DNA of 64,000 nt from the human T2T-CHM13v2.0 reference genome, Homo sapiens: the NCBI RefSeq assembly GCF_009914755.1, contig NC_060933.1. The stretch is one strand, 5' to 3'. A model generated the notes under the pieces. The model was not told where the DNA came from and did not search any database. It saw only the letters and a program-made list of their open reading frames with translations. Below are positions 56,601 through 64,000 of the stretch, one piece after another. The translations under genes were made by a program, and so were the position numbers. Within the stretch, counting starts at the first letter, position 1; the number at the start of each line of letters is the position of its first letter.

Positions 56601-59049
56601 TGATTCCATTCCATTCCATTCCATTCCATTCCATTCCATTCCATTCCGTTGCACTCCATTCCATTACATTCGGATTGATTCTTTTCAAATCCCTTACTCT
56701 CCATTATATTCCATTCCATTCTGGTTGTTCCATTCCATTCCATTCCATTCCACTCCATTCCATTGCACGCGGGTTGATTCCAATCCATTCCATTCCATTC
56801 CATTCCATTCCATTCCATTCCGGATGATTCCATTCCATTGCATTCCATTCCATTACATTCCCCTGCACTCGCGTTGATTCCATTCCATTCCACTCCATTC
56901 CATTCAATTCCATTCCATTACAATTCGTTCCATTCCATTCTATTCCGTACCATTCCATTCCATTTCATACCATTCCATTCCAGTCCATTCCATTCCATTC
57001 CATTCTATTCGGGTTAATTCCATTCCATTCCATTCCATTCCATTCTATTCCATTCCATTGCAATCGTGTTGAATCCATTGCATTTCATTCCATTCCATTC
57101 CATTCCATTCCATTCCGCAAAATTCCATTCCATTGCATTCCATTCCATTCCATTCCCCTGCACTCGCGTTGATTCCATTCCATTCCATTCCATTCCATTC
57201 CGTTCCGTTCCTTTCCATTCCATTCCTTTCCATTCCATTCCATTCCATTCCATTCCGTTCCATTCCATTCCATTCCATTCTATTCGGGTTAATTCCATTC
57301 CATTCCATTCTATTGCAATCGTGTTGATTCCAATCCGTTCCATTCCATTCCATTCCATTCCATTCCATTCCTTTCCATTCCATTACGGATGATTCCATTC
57401 AATTGCAATGCATTCCATTCCATTCCCCTGTACTCGGGTTGATTCCATTCCATTGCATTCCAATCCATGCCCTTCCACTCGTGTTGATTCCATTCTTTCC
57501 ATTCCATTCAAGTTGAATCCATTCCATTGCATTCCATTCCATTCGATTCCATTCGATTGCACTCGGGTTGATTCCATTCCATTTCATTCCATTCCATTCC
57601 ATTCCATTCCATTCCATTCCATTCCATTCCGTTCCATTCCATTCCATTACATTCGGATTGATTCTATTCAATTCCCTTACACTCCATTACATTCCATTCC
57701 ATTCGGGTAGTTTCCATTCCATTCCATTCCATTCCTCTCCATTCCATTGCACTCGGTTTGATTCCATTCCATTGCATTCCATTCCATTCCATTCAATTCC
57801 ATTCCGTTCAATTCCATTCCATTACATTCGGATTGATTCTATTCAACTCCCTTACTCTCCGTTACATTCCATTCCATTCGGGTTGTTCCATTCCATTCCA
57901 TTCGATTCCACTCCATTCCATTGCACTCGGGTTGATTCCATTCCATTCCATTCCATTCCGGATGATTCCATTCCATTGCATTCCGTTCCATTACATTCCC
58001 CTGCACTCGCGTTGATTCCATTCCATTCCATTCCATTTCATTCCATTCAATTCCATTGCATTACAATTCGTTCCATTCCATTCTATTCCGTACCATTCCA
58101 TTCCATTCCATACCATTCCATTCCATTCCATTCCATTCCATTCCGTTCCATTCCGTTCCATTCCATTCCATTCCATTCTATTCGGGTTAATTCCATTCCA
58201 TTCCATTCCATTCCATTCCATTCTATTCCATTCCATTGCAATCGAGTTGAATCCATTGCATTTCATTCCATTCCATTCCATTCCATTCCGGAAGATTCCA
58301 TTCCATTGCATTCCATTCCATTCCATTCCCCTGCACTCGCGTTGATTCCATTCCATTCCATTCCATTCCATTCCATTCAATTCCATTGCATTACAATTCG
58401 TTCCATTCCATTCTATTCCGTACCATTCCATTCCATTCCATTACATTCCGTTCCGTTCCGTTCCATTCCATTCCATTCCATTCCTTTCCATTCCGTTCCG
58501 TTCCATTCCATTCCATTCCATTCTATTCGGGTTAATTCCATTCCATTCCACTCCATTCGATTGCAATCGAGTTGATTCCATTCCATTCCATTCCATTCCA
58601 TTCCATTCCATTCCATTCCTTTCCATTCCATTACGGATGATTCCATTCCATTGCATTCCATTCCATTCCATTCCCCTGTACTCGGGTTGATTCCATTCCA
58701 TCCATTCCAATCCATGCCATTCCACTCGTGTTGATTCCATTCTTTCCATTCCATTCAAGTTGAATCCATTCCATTGCATTCCATTCCATTCGATTCCATT
58801 CGATTGCACTCGGGTTGATTCCATTGCATTTCATTACATTCAGATTGATTCTATTCAATTCCGTTACACTCCATTATATTCCAATCCATTCTGGTTGTTT
58901 CCATTCCATTCCATTCCATTTCACTCCATTCCATTGCATTCGGGTTGATTCCATTCCATTCCATTCCATTGCATTCCATTTCATTCCATTCCGGATGATT
59001 CCATTCCATTGCATTCCGTTCCATTACATTCCCCTGCACTCGGGTTGAT

Positions 59050-61070
59050 TCCATTCCATTCCATTCCATTCCATTCCATTCGATTCCATTCCATTCCCCT
59101 GCACTCGCGTTGATTCCATTCCATTCCATTCCATTCCATTCCATTCTATTCCATTCCTTTCCGTTCCATTCCATTCTATTCCATTCCATTCCGTTCCGTT
59201 CCATTCCATTCCATTCCATTCTATTCGGGTTAATTCCATTCCATTCCATTCGATTGCAATCGAGTTGATTCCATTCCATTCCATTCCATTCCATTCCATT
59301 CCATTCCATTCCTTTCCATTCCATTACGGATGATTCCATTCCATTGCATTCCATTCCATTCCATTCCCCTGTACTCGGGTTGATTCCATTCCTTTCCATT
59401 CCAATCCATGCCATTCCACTCGTGTTGATTCCATTCTTTCCTTTCCATTCAAGTTGAATCCATTCCATTGCATTCCATTCCATTCGATTGCATTCGATTG
59501 CACTCGGGTTGATTCAATTCCATTGCATTCCATTCCATTCCATTCCATTCCATTCCATTCCGTTCCATTCCATTTCATTACATTCAGATTGATTCTATTC
59601 AATTCCCTTACACTCCATTATATTCCAATCCATTCTGGTTGTTTCCATTCCATTCCATTCCATTTCACTCCATTCAATTGCACTCGGGTTGATTCCATTC
59701 CATTCCATTCCATTCCATTCCATTCCATTCCATTCCGGATGATTCCATTCCATTGCATTCCATTCCATTCCATTCCCCTGCACTCGGGTTGATTCCATTC
59801 CATTCCATTACATTACATTCCGTTCCATTACATTCCATTCCATTCGGATTGATTCTATTCAATTCCCTTACACTTCATTACATTCCATTCCATTTGGGTA
59901 GTTTCCATTCCATTCCATTCCATTCCTCTCTATTCCATTGCACTCGGGTTGATTCCATTCCATTCCATTCCATTCCATTCCATTCCATTCCATTCCTTTC
60001 CATTCCATTCCATTCCATTGTACTCGGGTTGATTCCATTCCATTGCATTCCATTCCATTCCATTCCATTCCGTTCCATTCCATTCCATTACATTCGGATT
60101 GATTCTATTCAACTCCCTTACTCTCCATTGCATTCGATTCCATTCGGGTTGTTCCATTCCATTCCATTCCATTCCACTCCATTCCATTGCACTCGGGTTT
60201 ATTCCATTCCATTCCATTCCATTCCGGAAGATTCCATTCCATTGCATTCCATTACATTCCATTCCCCTGCATTCGCGTTGATTCCATTCCATTGCATTCC
60301 ATTCCAATCCATTCCATTCCATTCCATTCCATTCCATTCCATTCCATTCCTTTCCGTTCCATTCCATTCCATTCCATTCCATTCCATTCCGTTCCGTTCC
60401 GTTCCATTCCATTCCATTCAATTCTATTCGGTTTAATTCCATTCCATTCCATTCGATTGCAATCGAGTTGATTCCGTTCCATTCCATTCCATTCCTTTCC
60501 ATTCCATTACGGATGATTCCATTCCATTGCATTCCATTCCATTCCCCTGTACTCGGGTTGATTCCATTCCATTCCATTCCAATCCATGCCATTCCACTCG
60601 TGTTGATTCCATTCTTTCCATTCCATTCAAGTTGAATCCATTCCATTGCATTCCATTCCATTCAATTCCATTCGATTGCACTCGGGTTGATTCCATTCCA
60701 TTGCATTCCATTCCATTCCATTTCATTTCATTCCATTCCATTCCTTTCCATTCCATTCCATTCCATTCCATTCCATTCCATTGCAATCGAGTTGATTCCA
60801 TTCCATTCCTTTCCATTCCATTCCATTGCCTTGCATTCCACTCGGGTTGATTCCATTCCCTTCTTTCCACTCCATTACATTCCCTTCCATTCCACTCGGA
60901 ATGTTTGATTCCATTCCATTCCATTCCATTTCATTCCATTGCAATCCATTCCAATCCATTCCATTCCATTCCATTCCACTCGAGTTGATTTCATTCCATT
61001 CCTTTCCATTCCATTCCATTCCTTTCCACTCGAGTTGATTCCATTCCATTCCATTCCATTGCATTCCATT
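59050..61070 (+). repeat. More diverged partial copy of the 5' ~2 kb of the higher-order unit
   Basis: It shares CACTTCATTAC, TTTGGGTAG, CCTCTCTATTCC, CTCCATTGCATTCGATTCC and CCCTTCTTTCCACTCC in order (ORF 33811 vs 60099, offset 26288). It lacks the CCCTGAACTC and ATTGAAGTTG variants. Confidence 0.78.
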
Positions 61071-64000
61071 CCATTCCATCCCATTCCATTCCTTTCCATT
61101 CCATTCCATTCCATTCGGATTGATTCTATTCAATTCCCTTACACTCCATTATATTCCATTCCATTGGGGTAGTTTCCATTCCATTCCATTCCATTCCTCT
61201 CCATTCCATTGCACTCGGGTTGATTCCATTCCATTCCATTCCATTCCATTCCATTCCATTACATTACCTTCCATTCCATTCCGTTCCATTGCTCTCGGGT
61301 TGATTCCATTCCATTGCATTCCATTCCATTCCATTCCATTCCATTCCTTTCCATTCCTTTCAATTCCATTCCATTACATTCGGATTGATTCTATTCAATT
61401 CCCTTACACTCCATTACATTGTATTCCATTCGGGTAGTTTCCATTCCATTCCATTCCATTCCTCTCCATTCCATTGCACTCGGGTTGATTCCATTCCATT
61501 GCATTCCATTCCATTCCATTCAATTCCATTCCGTTCCATTCCATTCCATTACATTCGGATTGATTCTATTCAACTCCCTTACTCTCTATTACATTCCATT
61601 CCATTCGGTTTGTTCCATTCCATTCCATTCCATTCCACTCCATTCCACTGCACTCGGGTTGATTCCATTCCATTGCATTCCATTCCATTCCATTCCATTC
61701 CGGAACATTCCATTCCATTGCATTCCATTCCATTCCATTCCCCTGCACTCGCGTTGATTCCATTCCATTCCATTCTATTCCATTCCATTCCCTTCCTTTC
61801 CGTTCCATTCCATTCCATTAGATTCCCTTCCGTTCCATTCCATTCCATTCCATTCCATTCTATTCGGGTTAATTCCATTCCATTCCATTCGATTGCAATC
61901 GAGTTGATTCCATTGCATTCCATTCCATTCCATTCCATTCCATTCCATTCCATTCCATTCCGGAAGATTCCATTCCATTGCATTCCATTCCATTCCATTC
62001 CATTCCATTCCATTCCATTCCATTCCATTGCATTGTACTCGGGTTGATTCCATTCCATTGCATTCCATTCCATTCCATTCCATTCCATTCCATTCCGTTC
62101 CATTCCATTCCATTACATTCGGATTGATTCTTTTCAACTCCCTTACTCTCCACTACATTCCATTCCATTCGGGTTGTTCCATTCCATTCCATTCCATTCC
62201 ACTCCATTCCATTGCACTCGGGTGGATTCCATTCCATTCCATTCCATTCCATTCCATTCCGGATGATTCCATTGCATTGCATTCCGTTCCATTACATTCC
62301 CCTGCACTCGGGTTGATTCCATTCCATTCCATTCCATTCCATTCGATTCCATTCCATTCCCCTGCACTCGCGTTGATTCCATTCCATTCCATTCCATTCC
62401 ATTCCATTCCATTCCATTCCATTCCTTTCCATTCCAGTCCTTTCCATTCCATTCCACTCGGGTTGATTCTATTCTATTTGTTTCCATTCCATTCCATTCC
62501 CTTCCATTCTACTCGGGTTGATTCCATTCCATTCCATTGCACTCCATTCGGTTCCGTTCCATTCCATTCTATTGCATTCCATTCTATTCGGGTTAATTCC
62601 ATTCCATTCTATTCCATTCCATTCCATTCCATTCCATTGCAATGGAGTTGATTCCATTCCATTCCATTCCATCCCGGATGATTCCATTCCATTGCATTCC
62701 ATTCCATTCCATTCCCCTGCACTCGTGTTGATTCCATTCCCTTCCATTCCATTCTATTCCGTTCCATTCCATTCCATTCCATTCTATTCCGGTTAATTCC
62801 ATTCCATTCCATTCCATTCCATTCCATTCCATTCCATTGCAATCGAGTTGATTCCACTCCATTCCTTTCCATTCCATTCCATTGCCTTGCATTCCACTCG
62901 GGTTGACTCCATTCCCTTCTTTCCCCTCCATTAGATTCCCTTCCATTCCACTCGGAATGATTGATTCCATTCCATTCCATTCCGTTTCATTCCATTGCAA
63001 TCCATTCCAATCCATTCCATTCCATTCCATTCCAGTCGAGTTGACTTCATTCCATTCCTTTCCATTCCATTCCATTCCTTTCCACTCGAGTTGATTCCAT
63101 TCCATTCCATTCCATTGCATTCCATACCATTCCTTTCCCCTGCACTCGGGTTGATTCCATTCCATTCCATTCCATTTAATTCCATTCCATTCCATTCCAA
63201 TCCGTTCCATTCCATTCCATTCTATTCCATTGCAATCGACTTGATTCCATTCCATTCCATTCCATTCCATTCCATTCCATTCCATTCCATTCCATTCCAT
63301 TTTGCTCCAATCCATTCTATTCCGAACCATTCCATTCCATTCCATTTCATTCCATTCCATTCCATTCCATTCCATTTTGTTCCAATCCATTCTATTCCGA
63401 ACCATTCCATTCCATTCCATTCCATTCCATTCCATTCCATTCCATGCCATTCCACTCGGGTTGATTCCATTCCTTTCCATTCCATTCCTCTCCATTCCAT
63501 TGCACTCGGGTTGATTCCATTCCATTGCATTCCATTCCATTCCATTCAATTCCATTCCATTCCATTCCATTCCGTTCCATTGCTTTCCATTACATTCGGA
63601 TTGATTCTATTCAATTCCCTTACACTCCATTACATTCCATTCCATTCGGGTAGTTTCCACTCCATTCCATTCCATTCCTCTCCATTCCATTGCACTCGGG
63701 TTGATTCCATTCCATTGCATTCCATTCCATTCCATTCAATTCCATTCCGTTCCATTCCATTCCATTACATTCGGATTGATTCTATTCAACTCCCTTACTC
63801 TCCATTACATTCGATTCCATTCGGGTTGTTCCATTCCATTCCATTCCATTCCACTCCATTCCATTGCACTCGGGTTGATTCCATTCCATTCCATTCCATT
63901 CCATTCCGGAAGATTCCGTTCCATTGCATTCCATTACATTCCATTCCCCTGCACTCGCGTTGATTCCATTCCATTCCATTCCATTCCATTCCATTCCGTT

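Larger units (their letters stand above)
996..63917. promoter_or_regulatory. Dispersed perfect heat-shock-element consensus sites (aTTCcgGAAgaTTCc and spacer variants), ~32 copies
   Basis: These are exact matches to nTTCnnGAAnnTTCn, e.g. 996-1010, 2794-2808, 14549-14563, 19256-19270, 37861-37875, 38638-38652, 61697-61711 and 63903-63917. The sequence match is certain; HSF occupancy is inferred. Confidence 0.6.
1..64000 (+). repeat. Satellite III (HSat3) pericentromeric tandem array, (CATTC)n/(GGAAT)n with interspersed CpG-containing decamers
   Basis: CATTC pentamers dominate end to end, with long perfect runs. They are interrupted by (A/T)(C/T)TCGGGTTG-type words, the established hallmark separating HSat3 from the more degenerate HSat2 (CATTCGATTC-rich). 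The C/T-rich strand is + throughout; no inversion or non-satellite insert was seen. Confidence 0.97.
1..64000 (+). other. Probable HSat3B / chromosome 9q12-like subfamily (not Y-linked DYZ1)
   Basis: The word CGATTGCACTCGGGTTGATT recurs (e.g. ~3226-3245, ~18630, ~33247, ~38308). From memory, its reverse complement AATCAACCCGAGTGCAATCG corresponds to chr9 SatIII (pHuR98-type) sequence. There is no 3.56 kb DYZ1 periodicity. This is a recalled match, not a database result, so an acrocentric or ape origin is not excluded. Confidence 0.6.

Noticed and set aside
1-64000. Hundreds of overlapping ORFs encoding (IPFHS)n or (MEWNG)n
   Set aside because: CATTC/GAATG repeats have no stop codon in any frame and give the same pentapeptide in all frames. 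The ORFs overlap on both strands, have no domain content and are broken at register slips. They are not called as CDS.
1-64000. CRISPR-like alternation of conserved words (e.g. GCACTCGGGTTGATTCC) and spacers
   Set aside because: The intervening sequence is CATTC repeat rather than unique spacers, spacing is irregular, and there are no cas genes or leader. The context is primate satellite DNA.
1-64000. HSat2, DYZ1, alpha satellite or telomeric repeat identity
   Set aside because: There is no dominant CATTCGATTC 23/26 bp unit, no 3.56 kb unit, no 171 bp monomer or CENP-B box seen, and no TTAGGG runs (GGGTTA/GGGTTG occur only as isolated words).
1-64000. Inversions or Alu/L1/ERV insertions within the array
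   Set aside because: There is no switch to GGAAT on the + strand and no non-satellite segment was seen anywhere in the window.
1-64000. G-quadruplex or i-motif potential
   Set aside because: The backbone has only GG/CC doublets with isolated GGG/CCCC words, so canonical quadruplexes are not supported. The known GGA-mismatch fold-backs of (GGAAT)n are generic to HSat3 and not specific to this window.
1-64000. A previously undescribed gene-encoded biological system
   Set aside because: Nothing in the window departs from satellite sequence. The only supportable novelty is motif-level and structural, as listed in findings.

Overview
The whole 64 kb window is one uninterrupted, single-orientation array of classical human/great-ape Satellite III (HSat3). 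It has a (CATTC)n backbone on the + strand ((GGAAT)n on the - strand), punctuated every ~30-100 bp by CpG-bearing variant words such as GCACTCGGGTTG, GCAATCGAGTTG, CTATTCGGGTTA, CCGGATG and CCGGAAG. These words suggest the chromosome 9q12-type (HSat3B) family, but that assignment is not verified. I see no genes, transposons, RNA genes or CRISPR arrays, and the ORFs in the track are by-products of a stop-poor pentamer. I cannot support a new gene-encoded system here. The non-trivial signals are structural or regulatory. (1) About 32 perfect three-unit heat-shock elements (nTTCnnGAAnnTTCn) are built into one variant word. (2) A young ~7.5 kb higher-order repeat spans ~32.8-56.6 kb, with a 1,532 bp internal tandem duplication and a ~3.45 kb internal deletion. 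(3) An older patchwork of 30 bp-1 kb tandem duplications and long-range paralogous blocks lies elsewhere. (4) An ordered three-member family of ~65 bp cassettes recurs through the array. (5) The pentamer register drifts in one direction. All coordinates and counts were read by eye and boundaries are approximate.
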